Origin: Tubiluchus corallicola | Taxonomy: Eukaryota > Animalia > Priapulida | Reading direction: 5' to 3' | DNA length: 64,000 nucleotides | NCBI GenBank assembly: GCA_030141605.1 | Contig: JAQGDQ010000304.1 | Span: 124,001-188,000 of the forward strand | Shown here: one piece after another, positions 40,753-55,246 of the stretch | Layout: each line of letters opens with the position of its first letter | Numbering within the stretch: the first letter of the stretch is position 1 | The notes under the pieces: model-generated | What the model was told of the DNA's origin: nothing | Databases searched by the model: none | Seen by the model: the letters and a program-made list of their open reading frames with translations, nothing else | Translations under genes and position numbers: made by a program

Positions 40753-43700
40753 CTACGTGGTTAGTGCCGTCTTTACGTCCTCTTTTAGATTACCATCGGC
40801 TGTGGTGATGGACTGCCCTTCATGGTGATAATCAGCCCATGGGTGACGGCCAACATCTGCCTCTGTCTGCTTAATCCAGTTCATATAGAAGCATTTAAAC
40901 GCATTGAAAGCTTGCTTAACCTTCGGTTTCTTAAATCTTGCAGGCACTTTTTCATTGCGCTCCTAAAAAATAAACCCAAATTATTAATTGAAATTGGCCG
41001 AAACTAGTCACGAACTTTTTTAACAAAAATTTCAGACGTGATTAGCACTTGCACTCGGTTGCATTTGCATATTTGTTACTTATTTGCATAATTACACATT
41101 AAGCAAAAATGCATTAGAAATTAAAACAAGGGTACAAAAATGCATTAAAAAATTACAACTCATTGAAAAAGATTACATATCGATAATAAAAGCAGCATAT
41201 ATAAAAACATAAAACATTTTAATTATATATACCAATCTTAAAAAGTAACAGCCGGGTAGGCCTCCACAATGCCCATGCCCCACCTTCACGTGAAATTGTA
41301 ATTACTGTAAATTTAAGTGCTTCACATCGATTATAGCTTAAATCCTTAAGTGTTTAGTACACATCACAGGATATCTGTATACACACGGTAGTATTACACA
41401 AAGCTACTGTACATAGTATATGACTAACTTGCTAGTCTGCTTGTTGCTGTCATGTTAACATAAAAAAAATTAATAACATAAAAAAATCAACAGTAACCAT
41501 AGGTCAAGATTAACTGAAACTAAATTAGGATGTAAACATTTTTCCGAAATTTTATATTTGGCATTGTGAAAAAAATCCAGAAAACACATACATGATACAG
41601 AGAGAGATTTTATATAAAGCACTGCTCGGTTGAATAAGTATTGTATTTTGTTTAACGTACATACATATATATCACATTTTCAATAGAAATTTATACCATC
41701 TTTGTTAGTGCTGTCTTTGCATCCTTCCATGCCTTATCTATTAGCCGCAAGATATATTCATTGGGCTTGAAGTTCAATTCATCCATTTTCTTGCATAGTT
41801 CAAGTAAGTAGTAGAAGTCATTCTGATGAATGGCATTTTTTAACAAGCAAGACATAATCACCATATTGGGATAGAGACCAGCCTTCTGAAATATTCGAGA
41901 CATCTTATACATGGAATAAATAGTTCTACACTAAAAAACACAAACTCAATCAAAAAAGCGAGCTGTATACCATAAACTTAATCACACAATGTGAAAACAA
42001 CACAGCTGAAGGCTTAACAAATTACAGCACACATTAGATGGCTGACTTAAAGCTCAGGTTCGATTTTTAACCAATTACTGAGGCTGTCGCAAGCAAGTTG
42101 CTACTTTTCACTTTTCATCTTATTGGTTAAATCAAAAGCAGTTATTCGCTACAAAATGGATTAAAATTAAACTGATGTTTACAAAGACTCTTTGTGGTTT
42201 GCAGTTCTAACTAGTTTCATATATAATGGTATAATAAGTCTCTTCAACACACTTCTCTTAATCACAAAGATTCATGATTAATATGGTACTAGCAAAGGTT
42301 CCATAAAATATTTGCAGGAAATCAGAGTTTTCAACTGAGATCATCATCTGCTATCATCTGCAATGCTTGAACGTCTGGTCTAATGGTGGTAATAGCAACA
42401 AATACCATCAATGCGGCAGGCAGAATAATCGAGCATGCAATTTCAGTGCTTATAGCTTTTTGCAGGAATTTACCAAAAATACTCTCTTTACAGAGCATAA
42501 GAATAATTTCTTACACTTTATAAGACTGTAGTTTTACAGAAATGCTCTGGAAACCTTTGAAAGCAATTTCTAAATGTTTTGTAGAATTGCTTGAACATGT
42601 TCTTGACAAAATCTAAGGGTCAGTACAAGAAGGGACGTATTGTGAAAAGTTATGGTCTTCCCACTATATTATATGTGCAACCCATTAGATCGGCTGCAGA
42701 CAAATTCTCATTTTCCAGACTAGGGTGTAGAAGTTCAGTAGAATAAGTGCAAAATGGGTGAAAATGAAGACTAGCTGACGTCACTTAGTTCAGTAGTTCA
42801 GTCAAAGTGATGCTTCAAGCTCTTAAACCATTGATTTCAAATTCATGTATTAGTGTTACACTGTATAAGATCTTTGACACATTTTCAAAAAACTACACTG
42901 AAACATGTCATAAGTCGATTACCTCTATGTCATCAAGTAAACGAAGTCCGCGCTCCTCAGTTTGGCACCCAAGTGCTAAAACACCAAATGTTTTGATGTC
43001 AGGGTACACATCATTCTCATGTAACAAAGAAAGAACTTCCTACAGAAAAAAATGATGACTGGTTGAATGCATTTGTTCATGTTGTATATTTTCCTGTGTA
43101 TTTTTCACACACATCCTACTTGTAATATTAAGTCCAATAAAAACAAAAATTGGCATCATTTTTCAATGGAAAAGCAATTGTGATGTGAAACAAAGAGCTC
43201 TAAACTGCTGTACTATTATGATCAGGTGTTTAGCTACAGATCTATAAACTCCATATTTTCTTAAATCTGTTATGATGAGCAAAGAAATTTCCAAAAACAC
43301 ACCCATTACTGACATCAATACATATACATGGTACAGATGATTTTGCTCATTTCATGTCAACTAAATGCAAAGCAAATTAAATTTTGTAAACTTATTTTAC
43401 TAGAAAGTCTCTCAAAAATCAGTTTTGGAATGCAAATGACGGTGGGCTTCAAAAGGTTTATTTACCTTCTAGATGTGATCATTTACTGTCCGCATAAATG
43501 TAACCTAATCAAAAACTGTTCACTCAGTATGTATTTTGCACACATAGGTGACACAACAACAATCCTGTCGTTGTTTGTTTTAACTTGCTGAACAACTAAT
43601 ACAGAGAAACCTTTATGAAATCGCTACAAAACATTTTGTTCTAAATACTTTCTCATTTAAAAGTGCAGCTACTGGTACTTACCATAGCACCAACATAATC

Positions 43701-46700
43701 TTTACGAAAGTTCCTCTTTTTAATGAGCATGTTGAAGAAGTCGAGATCTGGTGCAACTCCATGATCTTTCATCTGTGTTAAAAGAACTGCCTCTCTGTCA
43801 TAAGTTGAAGGGATCACTTCCAACAGCTTCATAGAAAAAAGAATACATACAATACATACAGTATGCAAATTGAAAATAGGGCTTTGCCTATTTTAAGAAG
43901 GCTGGTAATACAAAAAATATCATAAATCCAAAACAGTTTATTTCAACAGCACCGCGAAGCCAATTAATGCTTAGCAGAATGCAAATGATCAAATCTATGA
44001 AACGCAAAAAAAACTAGTGCATCATTACTGCAGTAGTGGCAAATGACCCAGGACATCGATCTCGTCAATTTGAACTTGTTTAATTTGCAAGTGGGTTGAG
44101 TACAGCAGTTTTGCTAAAGTGTTACAGTCGTATGTTTCAAATAAAAGAGTTAGCTCTCTGTCTAAGATTGTTACGTTTCAGAACCTAGTCAAAATTATGT
44201 CTGCAGAAAAGCAATGTGAGACTAAACTTGAAGTAACTGAATGCAAAACTAAAACTTGTAAAAAGTATGTTTTGAATGGTAATGTTACTGATGTGATATT
44301 AATTTCTCTGTATACAGAGGAAAAATCAGCAGGATTTTGAATATTTTGTTGTTACAAAATTTTTATGAAAATCTTAAATTGTAGTGAACCCCTTTTTCAC
44401 TTAAATAAGAATGACAATACTTGCAGCTATTGTACAGTGGAAGAGTTAGTGACACGAGCAATGTATTTATTCATGCTTGTACTAAGAAGTTGTTGGTCAA
44501 AGCATGCAGTTACTAAGAAATAGGGGGTCAAGTAGCCGGTATTTTTCCAAATTTCCCTTAAACTGTTATCGTGCATTTGAAAAAAAAAACTAGAAACAAA
44601 TATTAAGTTACAGGCAGCTCATTAATTAAAAAAGAATTTGGTAGAGCACACAGTTACCATGCAATAAAATTTAAACCATTTTGATTACTGCACATTCTAC
44701 AGTCAAATCCCATTAATACAATTTTCAAGGGACCAAAATATTTTTTCACATTAAGCAGGTTTCGTACTATCCATTGTACATGGATTTCTACTTCCAATGT
44801 AAAATAGCAATTAACAGACGTGTAGTTACTACATCGGTTTTCTTTTGTCAGAGAGCTTAATTTAAGCTTGTTTAACCACCCTGTTTCGCATAAAGACAAA
44901 CTGCAAGTTATACCAACTAGTCAGTTGCTCTGGTTAGTCTAAAGCAAGCCTACAAGCAAGGGGTTAGCGGTGCTAGGGAGTCTGCGGATGTTGTTACCGC
45001 GAATGTACAGTCTGTAATGTAATACATCACAATGTTAATGCCCACCTATGCAACAAAACTTTATTACAGCTGCTGCTATGGTATTAGAATTGAATATGTA
45101 TGATGCCGGGTTATTTACGAATGGGAAGGCTGGCATAACGAGTACTAGTTCTAGAGGAAAGGCACATTTTATCACAGTGGGAAGGCATTTTTAGTTAAGT
45201 AACTGGTTAAGTAAAAATTTTTAACCTGAAAAAACTCCATCAAAGTAAAAATGTACTGTAATTAACTCATTCACATTTTACTACTTGAAGAAATCAACAA
45301 TTTTACTCTTTTGCATTCTTACAGGCAAAATTGGCTACGTTGAATATCTGGCTGAACATATTGAGTAATTTAAAGATTAAACTAAAACTATGACAAAATG
45401 CTGCATCTGTATGTTAACCCTGTTGTGGTTATGGTGAACTGTGTTTACAGGTGAACTGTGTTTACAGTATGTATTTCTGCCGGCCACAGCAAAAATCGAA
45501 TTATAAGTATTTATTTGTATTAAAATTATATTGGCGCGACTTTGGGAAAACGTCGTATAAATGGGGTTTTTGTAATAACAAGTTTCGTAGTAACCGTAAG
45601 TGATTTCATAGGTTTTATTATAAACTTGGCAGGTACATAATAAAATCATAATACTATCGAGAGTTTTGTTATAAGCAAAACTGTATTACAATGATTCGAT
45701 TGTATTTCTTTTGACCCACTCAGAACAGCTTACTATACAGATTACTATACATTTCCATTATTATTTTTACTATTTAGTAAGTTAATATTTATTAAAGCAT
45801 CTCTCCTGATTTTGACTGCAAAAATTCAGATGGGTAGCTAGTCTTACTATCATAATAGTCACATACCAAGTATCACTGATGAAAGATTTGAAACAATTAA
45901 TGTTGCTGAGCATGGATATTAATACAAACCTTTAAAAAGGTCGTAGGATTTGGCTTAATCTTTAATTTTCTCATGTAGGCTAGCACACCATCAGAGTCGC
46001 CCAGCAGTGCCAATCTGTCTTGCACTGTTTTTACTTGTCCCAACTCCACAATGTTATCCAGATCTCTTTTCTTTAGCGACAAAATGTTAGGTAGCCTAAT
46101 GCTGAGTGTTTTATGATCTTCCCACCACTCGTAAGGCAATGAGCTCTTTGATTTAGAAATAACTAAAGCTGAACTACTATCAACTGCGATATTTAAAGAA
46201 TGGAAAACATCATCAGATGACAAACTTTCATTGGCTGGCTTTTCAGCTGATGACCTGCTATTTACAGTAGCTGTTTCTTGTGATTCACTAATCTCAACAA
46301 CAGGATTTAACATTAATAGCTTCTTGGTACTTTCACTGGGTAACTGTCGTTGTTTAATTGCTTGCACATCAACCAGCTCACTTATAGAAGTAACGTTACC
46401 AAGACCACATAGTCGGACTATTCCCAATAAGATATGAAATAGGTGAGCATCTGGCTTAATTCTGGAGTGTTTCATTTTCATCCAAATCTATAACAACGTT
46501 CGAAAAAGTATGTGAAAAGTATGTATATTTCATGCAACTTGAAGAATGTTTTAGTTTGCACATCTACAACTAAAACGTGTATGTGAAACCAACTAACAGA
46601 AACAATTAAAAGCGTGCAGTAGAGTGCTTGTACATAACCCGACTCTTTTCAGTGAAATTTCTGTTTAATTATTGCATAATCAGCTGCTGTTATAAGAACT

Positions 46701-49700
46701 GATCCTTCCTAATTTCGTTTTTATTTTCAAATTACAAATTGCGAGTGTCACTACACAGCATCTTTATGTTCAAACTGATGCCTGACACTGAATAATATAA
46801 AATGCCTTTGGCTTTCATATTTGCAGCAATTACCAAATTTATTATTGTATCAGCAGTCTATGCACATTGCAAAGGAGTGTATAAAGCTTTAAACTTGAAC
46901 AAAAAGTCAGACCTGTATGGCATATTTAAAGCCGTCATCAGTCTGATGAAGACAGGCAAGAAGTAAGTGTCCGTATGTTTCTATGTTTGGCTTCATTCCA
47001 ACATTTAACATTTCATCTACGATCCGGAAAGCAGTTACCATGTCCTTTCGAAGAGCGAATGCTGAAAGGTGACGAACAGCTATTTTACCGCACTTAGTGA
47101 CACAAGAATCAGTTTGTAAGAGTAACGAATTTTAGGCAAGAATTAAATTTTGCACATTTTGTACACAGTGACCAATCGGTAATTTTCGTGATTAACTAAA
47201 ATGAAAGAGTTGCAAATGAGAACACCACTCAAGACACCACACACCACTTACACCATGGTTTGGGCTGCTTTTCCTCTACCCCTCAAACCGACCTAGGCAC
47301 GGCCTGGTGTACAGCAACGCATGAGTAACAATAGAACAGGAGCTCAACTTTTTTTCCAAGATACAACACATGACCACGCACACTACAGTTGGCACAATAT
47401 TCCCAATGACTAATAATTCAAACAATCAGAACTAATTCAAACAAATTAACTAACATCATTAAAACATGTTCATTAAAACAAGCTCTGAACTTTCTATTAA
47501 ATGAACAAACTACTCTGCAAAATAGATAGGTAAATAAACACCAGTGACTGTTTCAAGTTATAATACATCATCAACTTAAGGAACCCAGATATAAAAGCAC
47601 AAAACTGCAAAGAACTTTTAAAAATTTATTCTTGATCAAAAAAAGTACCACATTTCTTCAAAGCTGCTTAATTAGATAGAATGCACTACAAAATACATTG
47701 TGCAAGTGTATACAAAAGTAACATTGCATTTAAGCAACATTTAAAGGATACAAAAATTAAACAAAAATATCGTTTGGTGATTATCTTATTACTTTATAAT
47801 GTTGTTCAAATGTTTTAATAGAAAACAAAAATACACCAACCTTTAATCATAGCATGATACGTCTTTTGATTAGGTATGATCTGCTTTTCAAACAGCTCTT
47901 CGCGTAGTCTCTTAGCCCGATCTAAACCATCTTCAAGGGATGGGCTCAATGCACAAGCATTAAATAGTGCAGTATATACATGATCATCAGGTGTTAAACC
48001 ACGACGCTTTAACTGTATTTGAAAAAAAAAGTTGGAAAAACTTCTGAACACTGATAATTTTTTGTTGTAATTTTCCTGGATGCAGAGACAAATAACCTTA
48101 AACTATAAACAGTCTTCAAAAATCCTTAAAATACATAAATGCAACGGTTTTTGGAGAGTTGCCCCAACTATTGTATTGCGAACTTACAGCACTTACATTG
48201 GAGTGCATAAGTGTACAATAAAGGGCACTCTTTTACCCGGAGTCTACACAGGGACCCACAACTGCAAAATTCAGAGTCTAGCCTTTGTCGTAATATTGAG
48301 GGTTAACAAAGTAATAATTTAAAGTTTGGTACTAGAGTATTCACATAAGGTGTAACTTTGTAACGTGTCCAAATGTCCATGCGAAACTTTGCATAACTGG
48401 TAAAATTTTATTATAAAATTATTGAAATGTAAACAAAGCTTTCGATATAAAAGCTTTTAACAAAAATTCTTATTCCCTTTAAATGTATACAAACTAAATA
48501 CAGGATACGTTTAAGATAATATCATCAACTATAAAAAATTCTAGTCAGTGAGCCAAGAATGAATGAGTATTAATAACTGGTTTAAATAATTTGAGTTATT
48601 ATTTTGGGTTATCAATTCATTATTTGGGTCGACAATTCATTTGGGTTAAAAGCCGATTTAGAAGTTATTTTGGTTATTTAAAAGTGATGGACCAATATAC
48701 CAGACCATACCAAATCTGATGCCAGTATGACTGTTTTTGTTAATACCTAAGACCGGCCGGTAATGAAGAGAGTACCAGAGTTAACAGTAATAGTATAGCA
48801 TATAGGGGTTAGACTCTGTATATTTATGATGTTCCTGGTTAAGTTAGTAATGAAATGATAAAAATGGTAACCCTGCATAAAGGCTATTACAGTACAATTA
48901 CTAATGACCACCAATCACATTGCTAACCCTCCCGGTGTTTAAATGTTTGTGTTGGGAAAGCCGAGGAACTGGGAGAGTACACTTTGTGCACTTGTATTTA
49001 CATACATATAAATGGCTTCATAAGTTTTAAGTAAAATGTGCCAATTTCCTAAATACAAGCTAAAATAAATGAGATATGCAAAAGGAGTGAATTACCTATT
49101 TGAATCTGACATTTTTATTGAATGGTCAGAATTTTGTATTAAAATTGTTTCCCCTTCCTTCCCAGTAGCTATAACAAACAGGGCATATTATAGCATAAGT
49201 TTCATGAATAATTAAGGCAATCAGGGCATCTTAATGTACGAGAAAGCGAGCGAGACCGAGAGAGAGAGAGAGAGAAAAGAGTGAGTGAAAGAATATGGGA
49301 GAGAGAGAGAAAAGAGTGAGTGAAAGAATATGGGAGAGAGAGAGAAAAGAGTGAGTGAAAGAATATGGGAGAGAGAGAGACAGGACAACACAGAGAGGTA
49401 GAGAAAGACAGAGGAAGCCAGGACAGGAAAGAAAGGGGGACCCGGGAAAAAGAAAGACAAAGATAGAAAGAGAAAGAACAATGATTACGAAAGTAATCGT
49501 TCCCAAACTAAGCAAAGTATTCCCAGTTTTGACATTATTTAAATAAAAAAATGAAGTTGTATTATAACGCTAAATTGATAAGGTTGCTGCAACCATTTCG
49601 GTGTTCATGAAGTTTCGTATTTCCAGACGGGCACATACTGTACGCACACTTAAATATAGGTAGAACATAACAATAACAGCTGTGTAAATGAACTATGTCA

Positions 49701-51434
49701 TCTGGTAGAGTGACAGCAGTATTGCTGCTGTAGAAAAATTTAAAGTATGGGTGCCAGAAATGACTACAAATGTCATATACTGGATGGAAACTTGAAGTTC
49801 ATTGGATGCCAGACCATCACTATTTAGTTGCATGTCTTCTGTTGGTGTCAAAGATTCCATTAAACAATCACAAAACAGGATCTTGACACTGACACATTCT
49901 CAAGAGTTCACTTAATTAAACTTTGAACATGTCTTTTGAAGCATCCCAATTGGTATCATAATTAAAAAGATCTCAGTTTAAAACAAAATGCAGAAAGAAT
50001 ACCTGCTGGTATAAACTGAATGCTTTCTCTGTGTATCCAACCTTGCCACATGCGGTAATTACTACAGCCAACATGAATGCATTTGGATTGATTTTTCTTT
50101 CTTCTAACATGTCAATTTCAAACATTGCAATAGTTTCCTTTACCTATTTAAAATCAATGAATAAACTTTTAAAAGGCAACGATCTTAAATTGCTTCGGTT
50201 ACATATTTCCAATAAATCAAAAACAGCAACAAGTTTGACTTTTTGTCAGCTATACGCCATCTCCCTACCAAGCAGCCAGGAAGCAGCTAGAGTCCACTAT
50301 CAGTGTAAATTTATGGACAATGTCTATTATCGTAGTTTTGCAAAATAACTGAAAGTCAAACAATCAAAGCAAAATGATTTTCATCTGTCTCCAGTTGTAA
50401 AGTCGAAAAAACTAAACAAATCTGTACCTGGCTCAAACCACCATATCAAAAATAGAGACTTCAGAGTGCTCATTTAGGAAACACTCAATATCTGTCAGAC
50501 AAGAAGGTAAGTGCTCGATTATTTCCAACTAGACATACAAATTAATTACTGTGTGGCAAAAATTAATTATTTTTCCAATTTGGTGGCATCACCGAGAATC
50601 TGCTAAAAATTTAGGGTACAGTGGAGTAATGTCGGCCACCCAGTTTTTATTAACTCAAATACAAAGTAAATCATAGAAAAAAATTTAAGTGTGGCTAACA
50701 TTACCCCATTACACGCTATTACAATAAGTCAATATAGTAATAGTTCAATAATAAGTCAGTTTCATTTGTAACATGTAAATATATGTAGACTGTAAGTTGT
50801 CACAAGGCCCTATGCAATGCTAATAGTCAAGCAAGATTTTGGATTTAATGCACAATAAACTAAACACAAAATAGCAAATTACGACAAAATATGTCTATTA
50901 AGTGTACCTCTGTATCAGTGTTTAGAGCTGTTACAAGAGAACAATAAAAAAACTATGCTACTAGTAATCAGTGTTGAATTCAAAAATTAAGAATGCCCAG
51001 CAGAACACAGAGTTAGGAACAATAACTCACCAGGCCTTTTTTCATCAACCTTTTCAACTGTCTTTCCCAATAAATGTCGCGTCTTCGCCGAAAGCCAATA
51101 GGTCTCTCTGTTACTTCACCAATGTCATCTTCATCTTCCAAACTGACTGGAATGCTATCGCTCCTGTTTTCATTCAGTTGTAGACTTCCAAATGTATTGG
51201 CGTATCTCTTATTGCTTTTATCAGGCAAAGTACCATCCAATGAAACAAAATTCTCTTTAACTTCTGGTGGGCGTCGATCTTTAAAAATTAGTTCATTTCT
51301 TGAATCAGTAACATTTTTCTCTGAAGGATGACCACTCTGTTTTGACGACCTCGGTCGCTCCATAAACTGATGCGACAGTTTTCCAAATATGTCAGCATCA
51401 TCAGTTGTAATTGATAGAAACCTCACATTTCTTC
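40753..51434 (-). CDS. PTCD1: Mitochondrial pentatricopeptide repeat protein PTCD1-like, 9 resolved exons (about 690 aa); first coding exon(s) unresolved
   Basis: Exons 51434-51031, 50143-50003, 48012-47841, 47061-46913, 46487-45930, 43826-43683, 43039-42923, 41885-41697, 40962-40753, all phase-consistent. PPR motifs: ITACGKVGYTEKAFSLYQQLKRRGLTPDDHVYTALFNACA, TYHAMIKAFA, DRLALLG, PDLDFFNMLIKKR, PDIKTFGVLALGC. C-terminal F..FY..W.......HPW. Confidence 0.88.
49250..49381. repeat. Purine-rich minisatellite: three approximately 30-bp units (GA)n-AAAGAGTGAGTGAAAGAATATGG
   Basis: Directly visible in a PTCD1 intron. Confidence 0.92.
50619..50711. mobile_element. Very short fold-back / MITE remnant
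   Basis: GTGGAGTAATGTCGGCCAC versus GTGGCTAACATTACCCCAT (inverted), about 95 bp span. Confidence 0.45.
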
Positions 51435-51779
51435 CTATTAAAGTAGTGAACATATTAAGAAAAAGTGTCTTCAATCCATCTTAAATTTACTGCCACAACA
51501 CACACCAGTGTGATCAATTGCTGAAGCTACTTTAAGGAAGAGGGTTTTAACACACATGTATAATGCAAAACCACCAACTAAAATGCAAATGACCTTCTTG
51601 GAAATCTACAAAGCTTTATAAAAAAATAAAATGAACAGATAATGATTGCCCAGATAGCATGTACCACTATGTCACTATGGTCACTCATTTAAGGCTGCTG
51701 CAACATCACCAAAAACTGCAACTTTTGAACACAAGAATACTTTATACGCAAGTCATTTATTTATGATGTGTATTTCCAT

Positions 51780-53171
51780 CCATCCTTTATGTACGCCCAC
51801 ACGCTGCAGCGTACCCCCTAATGTAGTTTACCATGAGAATCAGCATGGCTCTGGGAAGGTTATAGAGTATGTCAGTTTAGGTCACTACTCCCCCCAAATG
51901 GCATTCAAAACAGTACTATTTAGAACATTCTGCTAAATATGGCCATCTGTGGTGTACCATAACAACTAACGTGGTCATGGGAAGGTTTTGAGCTGATGTC
52001 AATTGGATCCCCACCCCCGTTCAACGAATTGGCGGCCAAAATGGCACATCCTTTATGCATATGCCCGCATGCTGGCTGTGGCAATCCCTCAAATGGGGTA
52101 CACTATAATAAACAGCATAGCCTTGGGAAGCTTCTAGACTAATGTGTATTTAGACCACTGCCTCCCAATATAGCTGCTAAAATGGTGTCAAAATATCACT
52201 TCTAGGACATTTTACAATGTATAGTCGTTAAAGGTGTTTCTGTTCCATAACAACCAGGATCACCATGGGAAGGCTTCAGGCTAATATCAATTAGAGTCAC
52301 TGCCCCCCCCCCCCAAAGGCAGCAAAATGGTGCACAATGCATATATTTAATAAACTGAATATCATTCTTTTGTGGTTTATTCTTCTACAGAATCGTTCTC
52401 AGGCAATGAACTCCTACCCATGCCATGGAGTGGGCATCCTAAAAATATACTGTTTTCACATGATAGATCATAGGGTTGTAACAAGACCCCTAAGTCACGA
52501 TATGATACACATTGAGTTAACATTTGTAGACTCTGATAAAAAACATCATTACATTGTTGATATATTATATATTATGTATTACATATGTATATATGGCTGT
52601 CTGTGGTGTACCATAACAACCAACGTGGTCCTGGTATATATATATATACACACAAAATGTTTCAGCAATGTTTTGGTTTCTGTTTATACTCTTGTACTCT
52701 TTGAATTGTAAGCCACCAGAAATGCAAAACATTTCAATACTTTTGATTTAAAATATGCTGGCGTGTTTTCTAGTCTGCATCTTCTGCAACCCATTTCAGA
52801 AACTTATACGAAAAAAACATAATTAGCTTACTATAAATTATTATAAACACACTATGATTTCAACCGCTTCACTTTGGATGCTAGCAGCAGGTCAGCCTGT
52901 GTCAAAGTCTAGTCTGATAAATGCTGCGCTCTCTGCCCTGATTGTTACATATCTACAATACATTCTACAGCTGTAGCTTGAATTATTTCATGTTGTTTTT
53001 ATCACGGGACAGTCAAGCATGTGTTAAATACCAACGACTCAGATTATCGCAATACTGGTGCACTTTGACGATACATGTATTGTCACAAATGGTATCACGA
53101 TGCATTGATGTATCGTTACAGGCTTAATAGATACCAAACCAGCCCCGGATGAAGCTGGGTATTTCAGCTAG
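51780..53171 (+). mobile_element. Probable non-autonomous Helitron-like element with internal approximately 140-bp tandem units
   Basis: 3' hairpin CCCGG-atgaa-GCTGGG followed by CTAG|T (53168-53172). Four degenerate units (ACCATAACAAC..CATGGGAAGG...CACT.CCCCC) at about 51829, 51950, 52097, 52240, plus a partial unit at about 52600. The 5' end is uncertain. Confidence 0.5.
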
Positions 53172-55246
53172 TCTTATGTATAAAGCCTACTGAAGTAAAT
53201 CAGTATTGTTGATTAATCAGTAAAATGAACTAACCCAATGAGGAAATGTTCTGTCCTTTCATCCATAAACATCTGTCAGAAGTCCTCATTCCTGCTGCTA
53301 AGAAAGATAAAACATGCTTATTCATTGCTGCTTGGTATATCGGTAGCTATGAAACCATCTCTATCCAACTGCAAATAATTTATACATTCGATCAGCATAA
53401 ATCTGTTGGTCTGCAGCTACATCATCAGAATTTCAGATTTTTCATCTAGTGATAGCTATGTTTTTTTAGGTATTAGTTGCGCAGTGGGACAAAACCCAAA
53501 TTAAATTTTGGGATGAAAGGTGTCCCACTTCCTCTCTTTTCTACTCAAATTTGGGTTCAAAAACTAAGAATAATTAATTGGTTTGGCAGAATTCTAAACG
53601 AAACTGGCCTTAAGGCACATGTTGATCTTGTAGCTCCTTTTACAAATGAAAAATAGTCTTACCACATATTAATAAGAAGCAAGTAAAAGTAGATGCAATA
53701 GCTTTTTCTGCTAACAATTTACTTGTAATGCTTATCTCACCAAGACTGGTGAATCTGTCAAGTTTCCAGATTTTCCAGTGGGTGGAGCGGCAGGGGAGCT
53801 ACTGCAAAGCATAGCTTTACGAGGTAAAAATTATGCTATCCATTAGGCAGAAAGTAAAACAGAAATCTGCCTAACTGAGTCAGTGCAGGTGCTTCCCATG
53901 TTCAACTTGGCAAGCTTTATTTACAGTTTGCAAGGCTGTAACACATCTCATTGAGAATCATCAAAAATTCGTAAAAGGTTGACCATTCAGTGTTCACCCA
54001 AAAGTTATTGAGCATGTTTTTTTGTTCAACTTCACTCGAATATTGAGGTTTACATACATACATACATGTGTTAATAGTGTATTATAGAAATTATCTAGTG
54101 CACCTACACTTCCCAGTTCTTTTAGACTAGTTAACAGCATTTAAGTAACTTATCTCCTGTTAAAATTTTGAACGATGTGTCTACAATCAAGCAATGAGTC
54201 ATAACTACACACACTTTTACACAAAAAACAGCTTCTTACGTTCTTACACTCGAAATCACCTGCACACTACAAAATCATAGTGACGTTCAATTGAGCTATG
54301 TACTCCTGGCTACACTTGTCGGAAGACTATAATTTCCTGCACTTGACAATGGATGGTGCTGTATGGGGTTGGTATACATGGCAATGAATCTTATACAACA
54401 ATGTCACACAAGTCCCACGTTCGATGGCAATGTAACGACCAATTTCGAAAACAAGATTATTAAAAGTTGCAACCTTTAAAATGCACACTTAGTTTGAAAT
54501 GCTAAAAAGGAGCAAAAACACATTTAAATAACTGCATTAAAACTGATTAATTTATCATGTATGAATCGACATTCACTTGTGCTTGTGGGATAATTATATT
54601 ATGTAGTGTAAAACTGAAAGATTACATCATTGCGTGGGGATGATACAATTTAGGGATGAGAATTACAAAGTTACTGAGATTTTTTCATTTTAGTCTGTAA
54701 ACTAAAATAGCCTACAGACACCTTTGTGGACTAAATTTACATTTTATTTTTTAAGTCATTGTTACAATTTACAGTATCCAGGCATAATTAGAAAGAATGG
54801 GACAATGGCAATGAGTTAATGGTAAAATTTTTCATTAAACACTTTTCATATAAATATTGAATATAGAAAGTGGGATTACATTTCAGCAGTATTTTCGCTG
54901 GAAAATTTTTTTCAATGGTGACTATCAACGACTCGATAGCACACAAAGTTGCCACAAAGAGTGGGAAAAGCTACAGTACACTGTGCATTCATGTCGAAAA
55001 AATTATTATAGGCTGTCACGACAGCTGGTATATATAAATAGAGAAAGTGCTGCCACGTCTGGCAAAAACGCACACGGTCTTCACGGTTAGTGCTTCCTAC
55101 TTACACAAAAAACTGTCATAGCTCCAACTACTAGCTGGCACATAAGAGTATTGCTGTTTATACGGTAATTATCAGAATATACGATAAACTGAGCCTTCAT
55201 ACCGTACAAAAAATAGACTATGTGATAATTATATGATAGTTTATTA

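Noticed and set aside
48094-48307. Possible piggyBac-like MITE (ATAA-CCTT ... AGGG-TTAA)
   Set aside because: Only one convincing terminus; the inverted match is too short.
49221-49546. Leu/Ser-rich and Arg/Glu-rich ORFs; repeat superficially CRISPR-like
   Set aside because: Contiguous minisatellite units with no unique spacers and no cas genes, in a eukaryotic intron.
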